A stretch of DNA of 64,000 bases from Parasitella parasitica NRRL 2501 (taxonomy: Eukaryota; Fungi; Mucoromycota): assembly GCA_025201805.1 (NCBI GenBank), contig MU619254.1:181351-245350 (forward strand). Reading direction: 5' to 3'. The position numbers and the translations under genes are program-made. The notes beneath the pieces were generated by a model. It searched no databases, had not been told where the DNA came from, and saw only the letters and a program-made list of their open reading frames with translations. How positions within the stretch are numbered: the stretch's first letter is position 1; every line of letters begins with the position of its first letter. Positions 1-11,758 of the stretch are shown here, one piece after another.

Positions 1-3000
1 AAAAAAAAAAGCCTGCTCCCGCAACAGAAGACGACATGATGATTGCTATTTTCGAGTATATGGATCGTATTGTTAACATGGTTCGTCCCAGAAAAGTTCT
101 GTACATGGCTATTGGTAAATATACAAACAGAAATCAATCCAAAGGCCATGTTTTAACCATCTGCTCTATTCAGACGGTGTTGCCCCTCGTGCTAAAATGA
201 ACCAACAGCGTTCTCGCCGTTTCCGTGCGTCACAGCTGGCTCAAATTGAATATGAAGCTGCTGATCGAGTTGCCAAAGAATTAGAAGGTAATTTACGACA
301 TAGCGGCATAGTCTAGTGCACTTGAATAATGCATGTTGTTAACTCTTCTCTCTAATTAGCCATTGGCCAGCAGCATCAATTGCCTGAAAAGAAAGAGCAT
401 TTCGACTCTAATTGTATTACACCAGGTACTCCTTTCATGGCTCATCTGGCCACTTGTTTGCGCTATCATATTGCTGCCAAGCAAAACTCTGATCCACTTT
501 GGAAAAATGTAATTTCTTCTTTTTTTTTTTTGCAGACAAAGAAGAAGCGTTTTACTAACAATTTATGATAGTTAAAAGTAATTTTGTCTGATGCTACAGT
601 TCCAGGTGAAGGTGAACACAAGGTCATGGAGTTCATTCGTGTCGAACGCTCTCGTCCTGAACATAACCCCAACACCAAGCATGTCATGTACGGTTTGGAC
701 GCAGATTTGATCATGTTGGCTTTGGGAACACATGAGCCACATTTCAAAGTATTGCGTGAAGATGTTTTCGAAGACAAGAAGACCAAGGGCGCTTGTTTCA
801 AGTGCAAGCAACAAGGCCATTCAGCTCACCAGTGTCCTGTCAGCCCTGAAGCACTCGAAGAAATCAAGAGGGAGGAAGCTAAAAACGCACCACCAAAACC
901 ATATGTGCTGTTACACGTCAATATTTTGAGAGAATATCTGGAGCATGCGTTGAAGTTCAATATCCCAGGCATTACTTGGGATTTGGAAAGAGCAATTGAC
1001 GACTGGGTATTCATGTGTTTCTTTGTCGGTAATGACTTTTTGCCACATTTGCCGTCTTTGGAGATCAGAGAGGGTGCTATCAGTACACTCAGTCTACTAT
1101 GGAAGAGTACAATGCCTATGATGGGTGGTTTTATGACGCATAACGGTGATGTAGATTTGAAACGAGTCCAAGTACTAGTAGCAGAATTGGGCAAAATGGA
1201 AGATACCATTTTCACTGAAAGAAAAGAAACCGAAGAAAGAAGAGCTCGCGGAGCCAAGAGAAGAAGACTGGAAAATGATAGACGTGCCCGTGAAACCAAG
1301 ATGTTCGACCCCAATGGTCCCAATTTTGGTGATATGACAGCTGCTCCTGTATACAATCCTAATGCCGGTATGTCAAATGCCGAAATTATCGCGAATCGTG
1401 CTGAAATTCGCATTGCCAATATCAATGCTGCTGCAGCACTGAAAGCAGAATTGTCTGGTAACCCTCTTCCTGAACCAGCTTCAGAAGAGATGAACGAAAG
1501 GGGCACAAAGAGAAAGTTAGAAGAGGACGATAAAGAAGAAGAAGAAGAGGACGACGAAGAGGTCGACGACGAAAACGAAGAAAACGAGGCCGAAACTGAT
1601 CAATCAATGGAAGCAGACACTCCCCTCTCTGAAGCAGATGCCATTGAAAAGGGCAAAGCTATTCTAAAACGAGTGCAAGATGAAAAGAAAGAAAAGGAAG
1701 AAGTAGCCCGTCAACGTGAGCCTGAGGATGAAGTTCGGTAAGCATTTGCACGAAATATAGATGTAGTCCTGCTCTAATATTTTCTATTATACAAGTCTCT
1801 GGGAAGCTGGCTGGAAAGAAAGATACTACAAAGCTAAATTCAATCTTACCTTGGTAGATAGAGATGAAATCAGAAAGTAAGTCCTTTTTTTTTTTTTTTT
1901 TTTTNNNNNNNNNNTGGATAGTTTGTGAAATCATATATTCATTTCTTGCGCAATGTAGCATTGTGAAATCTTATTGTGAAGGTCTTATTTGGGTGTTTAA
2001 ATACTATTATGTCGGCTGCGTATCTTGGTCATGGTATTACCCTTATCATTATGCTCCTATGGCTTCTGATTTTACTAATATCGATGAATTTGATATTCAG
2101 TTTGAAAAGAGTGCACCTTTAAGACCATTCGAACAACTTATGGGCGTATTACCAGCCGCAAGGTAAGATGCGATATTACCGCTTTGTGTCAAATTTCTCA
2201 CGACTTTTACAGTAAGGCGCACATCCCTAAACCTTTCCATAATTTGATGACGGAAGGCGATTCTCCTATTATCGATTTCTACCCGACACAATTCGAAGTA
2301 GACATGGATGGCAAAAAATGGGAATGGCAAGGCGTTGTCAAATTGCCGTTTATCGACACCAGTCGACTTTTGGAAGCCATGGAAACCGTTTACGATCAGC
2401 TAGATGAAGAAGAGGAAATACGTAACTCTGAAGGACCTAGCATTTTGTATGTTAGCGAAAACCATAAAGCCTATAATTTTATCAGCACCGTTTACACCAA
2501 AAGATCAACAAACGAAAAAATGGTTCTGGATGCTCGATTGACTGACGGGCTAACTGGTGAAATTGACAAAGACAGCGAATGCATTCCTCGCAGCACATTA
2601 CGCACGCCTCTGCCAGATTTTGATCTACCCGACATTGCCAACGATAAATCTATCAGTGTTACATATTCACTACCTCGGTTTCCTGATGGCTTTGCCTTTT
2701 CGCCGCAGCTGCTCAAAGGTTTAAAATTAGAGAATAGCTTGGGCTATGAAGATTTACAGCTGGCAACATTTGAGAAGATTGACACTCGTCAAAGGTATCA
2801 AAGCAACCGTGGTTGGACAGCTCAAATAAACCATATGGAAGATTACCGTGAATAGTAAGTTGACTAAACTCTGCATGAGAATTTTTTTTTAAAATCCAAT
2901 TTCCTTAGTAATAACCAACGTAGCAGCAGAAACAGAGGTGGTGGGCGTGGTGGCTACCAACAACAAGGCTATGGCGGAGGCTATAATCATGGCTACGATG

Positions 3001-3329
3001 ACGGATCGAGATTCCCTGGTACACAATCGTATGGTGGTAGCTATCAGTACAATCAACGAGGTTATAATTCCTATCAAAATCAGCACTCACAGCAAAGCTA
3101 TGGCAACAATACTAGTTATTATGGCAATCAACAATACCACCAGAACAATAATCCAGGCGGCGGATACGGCCACCAACAACAGCAAGGCTATGGTGGTTAT
3201 CAGCGCGGCAACAGCAATCAATATGGCGGAAGCAGAGGGCGTGGCGGCTACCAACAGCAAGGCTATGGTGGGAATCGTGGTGGTGGATACGGAAACAATA
3301 GAGGCCGTGGAAGCGGCGGATATTATTAG
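1..3329 (+). CDS. XRN2: 5'-3' exoribonuclease 2 (Rat1/Dhp1/XRN2), 5' end outside the window, multi-exon
   Basis: Motifs [10 protein letters not shown]|[80 protein letters not shown] knuckle [14 protein letters not shown]. Last exon 2909-3329 (after intron 2855-2908) is G/Y/Q/R-rich and ends TAG 3327-3329. Confidence 0.97.
1905..1914. other. Assembly gap (N run) in an XRN2 intron
   Basis: N characters after a poly-T run. Confidence 1.
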
Positions 3330-3559
3330 TTGGGCATTATTTACTTTTCCAAATAAAATTGGCTCATCAAAGATTACATGGCATGTTTGTTACATGTATG
3401 AACATAAAACTCTTTTTATTTCTAAAAGTTCAAATATAAGGCCTCCTGCTCATCTGTGTAGATCAAATGAAAACAGAGGCGTCGCTTATGTATCTCAGAC
3501 AGGTGGATATATAATGTATTGTTTTGTTTATTATCAAAATTTTGAATTAATATACAGTT

Positions 3560-6339
3560 TTATATATAAATTCTTTCTCCATACATTGATATATGAGGGG
3601 CGTGTTGCAATGATCCAGATTGCTGTTGACCGCCTGCTGCTGATGGAGGATGAGGATGAGGATGAGGGGGGAATCTTCGGTTTCTAAATGATGGTTGATC
3701 TGTTTGTTGTTCGCAAAGTAAATTAGCACCGTTTTCCGAACTACCAGGCGGAGGCGGAGGTGGCATGCCATACGTACCTTGAGGAGGACCCCACTGATAA
3801 CCACTGTACGGCTGCTGTTGCTGCTGCGTTTGTTGGTTTTGCTCATCAGCTGCAAGTGCGGCCATCATACGCGGGGATATTCTTTGAGAAGGAGGCATGT
3901 ACGAAAAATACTCATTGCTTGGCGGCGGAGGCATGTTGTTATAACCATAAGATGGAGGAGGTGGTGGAGGCCTCATTTTCATGCGCTCTCTATCCATAGG
4001 ATGAGGCAACGGAGGAGGAAGACCGTTTGGATATCCAAACATAGTTGGCGGCATATTGCCCATGCTTCCTACATGAGGAGGATGGCCACGGCGAATTCTG
4101 CCACTACCACTACCTCCGCGATGCCTTGCTGTGTCTTCTAAGCCCATCTCCTGCAGTCTTGCAGTCTTCTTCTCCATCGTGCCGCTCTCTCCTTCCTTTT
4201 TTGAAGCGGAAGGTTGATCAAAGCTTTCGTATAATTCGTTTCTTGGATCCCTGTTATAGTTGTCAGAATCAGAAGATGAGCTCTTAGCACTATGCAGAGA
4301 CGATTTTCTAGACCTTGTCCGAGGTATAGGATAGTGACCACCTTTGTCCTGATACATGTCTGGGTATGGTATATACGGATTTTCTTGTTCCTGCCACTGC
4401 GATTCCATGGATTTGGATCGAGGACGACGCTGTGATGAAGGCTTTTGACGAAATTTCGGTGAATCTATTATAAAAGAATCTACAAACTGATTCTGATTGC
4501 CATTCATTATTCTCACCATATCAAATTCAGGGTTATAATCTTGCGGGTAGCCAAAGTGAGGAGGATAGTTACTAAATTCACTCATGTCTGGAAAGTATTC
4601 ATTTTGAGCAGATAAGTTTTGATTAGCAGAAGGAACAGGCCGTCTACTTCTCTGCTTGTTGGCAGCTGGTTGCTGCTGTTGATTTGGGAGCGAATGATAC
4701 GCGCTACTAGCATTTCCCGAGGCACCTCCTGCTGCAGAAACGTTTGATTTGATCTTTCTACTTCTTGTTGTGTTTGTTGAATTGGATGCTCTCATAATAG
4801 GCTCTCGTTTATCTGAAAGTTGCTTTTGCAGCCCATGATCCCCGCCTTTTTCTGTATGATTAGTAAACATGTTTTCAGCAATAGCCATTTCAAGTCTTTG
4901 TTTAGTCAGTTTGATTTGCTCTAAAATCTCCTTTTCGCGCTGCTTTTGTTCAGCTACTCTTGTCAAATGGTCCTCAAGGTCTGAAACACGCTGTTGTTGC
5001 ATTCGATCTACAGTGCGTTTTAAGTCCAGCAGGTCTTCGTTCAAAGCCATCTTTTTCATTTCGCTTTGCAGCATCTCTGTAAGAGAGTCCATCATAATCG
5101 TGTTGTTGCTTTGGATAAAAGCGGAAGGCTCGGAAGAAATGGATTGTAACAAAGCGCCAGGTGGTTTGTTGCTGTTGTTATTTGCAAATCTGCTTTGGGA
5201 ATGTGTAACATCGTGTCCAACAGTGGCTGACGATCCTGACGAAGAGGTTGGAGGACGACTGCCTCTCCTGGTTGTTGGGATAGCAACAGGAGTAGTGCTA
5301 TTATTGCTTTCATACTTATCAATAGGTGACAGGTTTGGGTGGTCGTCTCTTACAGTATTCGGATTCGACGATGGCAATGGAAACGCTTGAAGACCAGCGC
5401 TATTAGAAGTTGAGGACGGTTTAGGAGTATTTTGTTTGTCGTGCGCCTCTGTCATATCAACAGTGGCGGTAACAATGGTGGAAGACAAAGGCGGGGGAGC
5501 AGAGGAAGAGGTAGCTCGTTTGGGTTCATTATTACCAATATGATTCATGTCATTACCTGCGTATTTTACAGGAGAAGAAGCAGAAGAAAAAGAAGGAGAT
5601 AATGCAGTATCAAGATTTGCTTGATTCATACTTGAAACAATCGAGGAAACTGTTAGAAAAGGGGATTCTGAAGCAGAGACATACTGCTTGATCGAATCAT
5701 CGCTGGTTCTTGTGAAAAATGTAGACGATTGGTAGCTCTTATTATCTTCATCTATCATTGTTTATCATCAGTTGATGCAATGTGTAGTTAGACAAAGTAG
5801 AACCTTATTAAGTTACCTGCTTTCACTGGTCTCAATGGTAGTGGTGATGACATAACTGGCTCATTCTCATCTTCATCTTCATCTTTATCCTCGTCCTCGT
5901 CCTCGTCCTCGTCCTCATCTTCCTCTCCACTACTGCTAACACTAATGCTAATGCTACTTGAACTTTCGACAAGAGTCTTTTCATATTCATAATTGCCAAG
6001 TAAATATCTGGTAGGCGGAACACCATGCACTGGTTTCGGCATTACCAATATAGGTGGCGAGCTAATTGATCTGCTCAAGATGACAGGTTGATGCTGTATA
6101 GGATTACTTGATGGTGCTTTTACAGTTTGTGTCGTATTGTTTGTTCGCTGGCTTGATAAAGAAGAGGCCGATTTCTTCTTAGGGTAATTTTTATTTGCAC
6201 CACCAATAAGTGTCGATATTTGAGATTCTGTTAAATTAGCATATTCCACTCCATTGATCATAGGAATGGGTATTTTCAAGCTTCTTGTTTTCAAATTACT
6301 TGATTTTTTCTTCTTATTAGCTCCGAAAAATTTGCGCAT
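3560..6339 (-). CDS. Uncharacterised low-complexity protein (acidic tract, central coiled coil, P/Q-rich C-terminus), 2 exons
   Basis: ATG at 6339 (MRKFFGANKKKK). Intron 5816-5752 (GTAACT...TAG) joins exon 1 in frame to the 732-codon ORF. No recognisable domain. Confidence 0.8.
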
Positions 6340-6342
6340 GAT

Positions 6343-6345
<3 letters not shown>

Positions 6346-6411
<66 letters not shown>
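6346..6411. repeat. Poly(dA:dT) tract, about 66 bp
   Basis: Uninterrupted A run ending 6 nt upstream of the ATG at 6339 (T run on the coding strand). Confidence 0.95.
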
Positions 6412-6415
<4 letters not shown>

Positions 6416-7914
6416 AAAAAGGGGAGTGTTACAAAATTTAATGTGTTCGAGTTGCACATTGGATGACCTTTTCCCAAATAAAAGCCACTGCAGCTAATAA
6501 TTTTCTGTTGTACAACAATGCATGGCTCTTAAATTTGTAACAGGAATCTTGAACAATTATAGATGATTAAGTTGCCATAAGTCATAAAAAGGCTTACGAA
6601 ACATTCTAATAAAATGATCACATATAGACTCATTTTTATTCAAGCATTATTTAATAAATGCCCCACCTCTTCTCTTTGATTTGCTTGATCTCGGCTGCCA
6701 TAATTTTTGCTACCTTTACTACATTGAAACCAAATCATATTTCAGGCACTTCAGTGATCATTATGTGTGAATAAGATCATGCTTTGTTATGACTAATAAA
6801 CAGTTTGTCACAAAATTTTATTGAAGATCATCATCCATTCCAATTATACCTCAAATGCTCGAAAATAGCTCTAAACACCTGCATGCGTTTGTATTTTGAG
6901 ATGGATTCTGTACCCGCAGAATACTTTGATCACCACTATTGCTACTCAGTTGTCATAGCAACCGTTCCTGGTCAAATGTTGTATAGGGAACCATCTATTT
7001 GGGCTCTGCTTACTCTAAAATCGCGATGCCAAACTGATTGATGAATGGCTTACATTCATAATATTAGCCTGTAATAAATAAGTTTTGCCATGTCTAAACC
7101 GTATTATCATATTGTTTGTTGACAATGCAATGTCAAACATGATCTAGTTATATTGCAAATTAATAGTCTGTATTACTTTCTCGTTTCTGTTGACAACTTT
7201 ATCAATATCGATATTTTCATGGATAGAAATGCTTTTATTTCATAGCGCTCCTGAATTGTCGCTATGTTTTTCAGGTTCGATTGCGGCTCTACTCAGTTTC
7301 TTTAGCAGAAATTCTGAGCAGCTGTTTGAAATCATGAAAATCAGACTTGTTTCATTGTACATGACTGATATGAAATAGCACCTTTTTTTGTGATATCATT
7401 CTATCCGTGCAGAATATATTCTATGATCTGGTGTTTTCACTTCTCATATGAGTTTTTGCATTTATCTGGTATCTGGTTTCAGGATAGATGATTATCAAAA
7501 ACGACAATTCACATCATTTATACTGTAACAGCTTCTTCAACTAACGACGCAGAACTAACTCATGTGATTTCTTACTTGGACAAAACTGCGTTTGCAGATA
7601 ACTTTTGATAGAGACTTCGCCCAGCGCGGAAAGCAAGTTATGCTCAAATAGCGAATATCATACCTGATTTGATGGCGTATAAGACAGGCTTTGTTTTGCT
7701 ATTTATCAAAGCTTGGAATATGGGTCTTTAGCAGGGAACCAAGTATTCTCTCCTCCAATTAAAGAGCTAAGCATTAACTCAGTCGTAATAGTCTGGATAT
7801 GTCTTTTTGCATAAATCAGTAGCTGACGTCTTGCAGATAGAGGATAACCTCATCAAAAGCCCTATGCGTGTAGTTTTATTATTGCTTAAAATAAGCAATA
7901 CACAATCTATAAAC

Positions 7915-8067
7915 CATGATTTTTTTTTCCCCTGCTTAAAGGCATGATTTGCAGTCCTTAATATCTATGCAAATTACGAAACGATGGAGGCACAACCTTC
8001 AGTCAAACCTTCTTGTTTTGAGAGCCCTTTTTACAACATGTTCAGGCCTCTACCATCTCCAACCATT
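7915..8067 (+). repeat. Diverged dispersed repeat, copy 1 (copy 2 at 44274-44427)
   Basis: Ungapped 72-nt core starting GCTTAAAGGCA aligns at about 75% identity, with mismatches mostly transitions. Confidence 0.8.
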
Positions 8068-8328
8068 ATGTCTTTAAAACTTGTGGGCTATGAGCTTCCT
8101 ACTCCACCACCACCACCACCACCACCCCAAACATACCATAGTGTATAAAACTACGTATCATCTTCATCAGACTTTAGTCTGATCATTTAATGGTCGTGTA
8201 AATGCCCTTGTTAAGTATATTGATAACTCGGCAAAATTGTTAACACTATCATATTCACATATTGGTTATATGAGGAAGAGTTTCTATTTTTATTGAATCT
8301 ATCTGTTGTTATATACAAGGTTAAGGGT

Positions 8329-9804
8329 CTAAAGTTCACTGCTCTGAGCTCTCCCATAACGCAAGACCTCCATAGTCAATTTTGTGGGTTGAATGCCGCT
8401 GTTTTTCATGTCGTCATATACGTCTTTCACCTTTTCCCAACGACCTACTTTAGCCCACGCTCTCATCATAATGGTATAAACAACTGCATTCAGTTCCAAA
8501 TTGTTATTTTTAAGCTCGGTCAGAATATGCTGGCATGATTCAGGGTCAGGAACATAGGCATGTGCGAGCATTAGTGTTGCATAGGTGACGAGTGAGGGTT
8601 GTATGTGCTTTGCGATCATATCAGCGTAAACTTGGCTGACCATGGGTAGATTATTACGGCGAAGAAAGGCGCGCATAAACGTGGTATAGGTATATACATT
8701 GGCTCCAATAAAAAGATCATTTCTTTTGCTTTTGTCCAAGATACTGGATTTATATAAGTTGTAGTAATTTGCAATCGTATCGTTGTCTGCGTGCCCAACG
8801 ATTGCGTTTAGTAGAACATTGCGAGTATGATGCGAGGCTAGTAGTATACTGGACTTTGAACGGAAAAACTCGTTGAATAGCTGGATAGTATTTTCATTGT
8901 CGTGTTGTTTTACGTGCATTCCCATCAGCGTAGTTGCTACAACTTCGTTTATCTTTACTTTCTCCTCCTGCATTGTCTTGAATACACGCCATGCCTCGTC
9001 TATTCGTCCCTCCTCACCTAAACCATGTAATATGATTGCAAATGTGTACACGTCCGATTTCAGACCTGCTTCAAGCAAATTCCCCCAAAACTTTAGAGCC
9101 GATTCCATGTTCAGTTGTCGGGCTGAGTGGTGCATCAGAATGTTGTAAGTTACGATTGTAGGCTTGACGTTCTCTTCCATCATATGGCGAAAGATTTCTT
9201 CAGCACGGTCTAAATCAGTTTGTCGCATGTAGCCGTCAATGAGAGTAGTGTAGATATGTGCATCTGGCATGATTTTGTTTTTCATCATTCTTTTCAACCA
9301 CTTGTTTGCCCGATTCATATCAGATCTTTTGCTGAATTCATTAATGATGCAAGTGTATGTTTTGATATTTGGTTGGAGGCACTTGTTTTCCATTTCGCGA
9401 AATAGGCTGATTGCTTTATTCAGTCGGTTTTCGAGAAGCACGTTGAATATCAAGCGATTGTAATCCTTGGCTGTCATATTGTTGTCTTTCTTGTTTTTCA
9501 TGGTGAATCCTTTGACGTATGTGTTTGATCCGTTTGCATGTTTTGTCGCCAAGTAGTGGTATTTTTCTTTCTTTGTTGGCTTTTTATCTTCATTGCTGCT
9601 TGTGATTAAATTGATATTGGTCGTGTTGGCTAGAGCTGACGTCTGTGTTGAATAGAGTCTTGGAATGCCATGCTTTGTGTGTAAAGTGTGGTTTCTAAAG
9701 GCCAGCAGGGGCTTCTTGGTATGTGTAGACACTGGCCTCGAAACAATAGCACAAAGAACATCAAAAATAACCGACCTTGACAGAAGAGAATGTCTAGAAG
9801 ACAT
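8329..9804 (-). CDS. Pentatricopeptide-repeat (PPR) protein, probably mitochondrial
   Basis: Tandem 35-aa PPR motifs (PNIKTYTCIINEF, PDAHIYTTLIDGY, PTIVTYNILM, SDVYTFAIILHG, PSLVTYATLM). The R/S/L-rich N-terminus resembles a presequence. Confidence 0.93.
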   Translation of the reverse strand: MSSRHSLLSRSVIFDVLCAIVSRPVSTHTKKPLLAFRNHTLHTKHGIPRLYSTQTSALANTTNINLITSSNEDKKPTKKEKYHYLATKHANGSNTYVKGFTMKNKKDNNMTAKDYNRLIFNVLLENRLNKAISLFREMENKCLQPNIKTYTCIINEFSKRSDMNRANKWLKRMMKNKIMPDAHIYTTLIDGYMRQTDLDRAEEIFRHMMEENVKPTIVTYNILMHHSARQLNMESALKFWGNLLEAGLKSDVYTFAIILHGLGEEGRIDEAWRVFKTMQEEKVKINEVVATTLMGMHVKQHDNENTIQLFNEFFRSKSSILLASHHTRNVLLNAIVGHADNDTIANYYNLYKSSILDKSKRNDLFIGANVYTYTTFMRAFLRRNNLPMVSQVYADMIAKHIQPSLVTYATLMLAHAYVPDPESCQHILTELKNNNLELNAVVYTIMMRAWAKVGRWEKVKDVYDDMKNSGIQPTKLTMEVLRYGRAQSSEL

Positions 9805-10281
9805 GCTTGTGTTTTAATACGAGAAAGAAGGCCCTTTTGACAGAAAAGAAATAGGTATGCCGCTATTCGTTCCTTTCAATAGGTACCCTGTAATGGAGAG
9901 GAGATAACGGCTCGTGGCACATGTCTGGGGGGGTTGAGCAAAAATAGTGACGAGAAATGGTCTCATGGAAACTCCGTAGATTCAAATCATGTAATTACCA
10001 AAGGCTTTGTGCCTGTTGAAGCAATCCGATAGTGATGTTCAAACAAACATTATATATATATATATGATTGTCCAATCGTTGCGTTCTTCTTTCATTGAAA
10101 ACTATATGGCATAGAACTGTTGTGGATATATTCACTCATGACGGGCCCACGCCAAACGAAGGCATACTACCAAAGACCTTGTAGACAGCATTGAGATGTT
10201 GGCCTTCCACTCTAATTGCATGCATACAACGAGAGATACCAACTTCCATACGCTTTAATTTACACTAGTGCTCATAAATTT

Positions 10282-11040
10282 TTATTCATCCAAATCATCT
10301 TCCAAAGCACTTTCCCTTGGCTCCAACTCGTCATTTTGCTCTAGCACATATCTACTGCTAATGCGTGGCAAAATGATATCGCATACACGCTCTTTTTGAA
10401 AAAGACTATCTATAAAGCTGTCCATATTTGTTAAACTATATCCATCTCCAGCACGCACACGCAGTTTCCTATAGTCATTCAGCAATGGCTCGAGATACTG
10501 ATATATTTCTTTTGATTTTCCAGTCAATCGCATGTAAAAAGCACCTAATGCACGCAAATATCTAACAAAGCGCAAGTTAGCATCGGCTTGGGAGTGGGTT
10601 GTTGTTGTTGTTGTAGTTGCTGTTGTTAATAATACTCACTTATTGTCTTCCTGTTTAATCAACTCAATAATGATATCTTTTTCTGGCTCCAATGCCAAAA
10701 GCTTCAAGGTCAAGCATAGAAATTCTGTAGGCTGATGGTTGCCATACATGCCCCCGATGTATTCAAGTTCAAAGGCTCTGTCCATAAGTGTCACAGCTGT
10801 TTGGAAGTTTTGATTAGGTATTACAATTTACAGATTTTGAGGTGTCTTCATTACCAGATAGACCATAGCATTTCTCTTTCCAATAAAGAGAGCTTTGGAT
10901 TCTTTCGCGGATGATTTTTTCAACTAAATGTAGCGGATGGCGACCATGGATCGATGACCCTTCATGAAAATTTGGATTTTCGGCTACGTTGATGAATGTT
11001 ACCGAGTGAATGCACAAGAAAATTAGGCCAACTTACACAT
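10282..11040 (-). CDS. PRP38: Pre-mRNA splicing factor PRP38
   Basis: IHGRHPLHLVEKIIRERIQSSLYWKEKCYGL, PTEFLCLTLKLLALEPEK, YLRALGAFYMRL, LEPLLNDYRKLR. First coding exon is ATGT (11040-11037), followed by intron 11036-10984. Confidence 0.95.
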
Positions 11041-11758
11041 CTCGAGGTTTTTTTTATTTTGGTAGAAGGAGCGTATAGAAAAAAATTGAAGTTTTGCTGA
11101 GCCATCACATCAATTTCTTTATCGGACAGCCAAATATTGAGGAGAAGATGGTGCTCGTAAGCTGGCTAGCATTAGGGTTCGTTTTACATGGTGACCCGCT
11201 ATCACTGCTGCCCAAAAGAGGGTTTTTCTCTTTACAATAATCCTCGCTATAATTTGCTATGAACTGGCATATAAACGGGCCAAGCTTATCATATGCATGA
11301 AATCAGAAAATGCACAGCAATGTTGTCGGTGTAATGGGTTTGTATGGAGTCTCTAGCAATATCAGAAACATAGATTACCGGATCCAACACAACAGAAGGC
11401 GCAAAAAAAAAAAAAGATCAAGTAGAGACATTCAGCAGCTTTTTAACAAGCAAAGGTGGAAACAGAGAGAACTACGTTCCCACAAATCAGATTTGAAATA
11501 TCCTTTAAACGAAACGCCACAGTGAATGTAAGAGATTGATCCAGAGAATCGACTAGCCATTAAAGAGAAACACCACAGATGCTGCAACGCTTGCTAGCTG
11601 TATCAAAGTCCTGTCATTAACTTCTTTGCATGATGTAATTAAAGCAGCGGCAGGAAAATCGTGAGTATATTTTACAATGGCTATTTCCCCGAGTGATGTC
11701 TTTTTTTCATTTTCTTTTTCATTTTCTTTTCTTTCTACTTGTTATACAAAATAAATAA

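Noticed and set aside
2938-3687. 249-aa ORF rich in M/A/V/I
   Set aside because: Out-of-frame shadow of the G/Y-rich last exon of XRN2
6254-6477. Poly-K and poly-F ORFs (also 39436-39877)
   Set aside because: Translations of A/T homopolymers and N gaps
6500-7900. Protein-like fragments on the minus strand (about 7150-7340 and 7570-7680)
   Set aside because: Interrupted by stops with no recognisable family; possibly a decayed gene or element but not supportable
11148-11525. Short ORFs between PRP38 and NCR1
   Set aside because: No motif, no coherent splice model, and partly built on an A run
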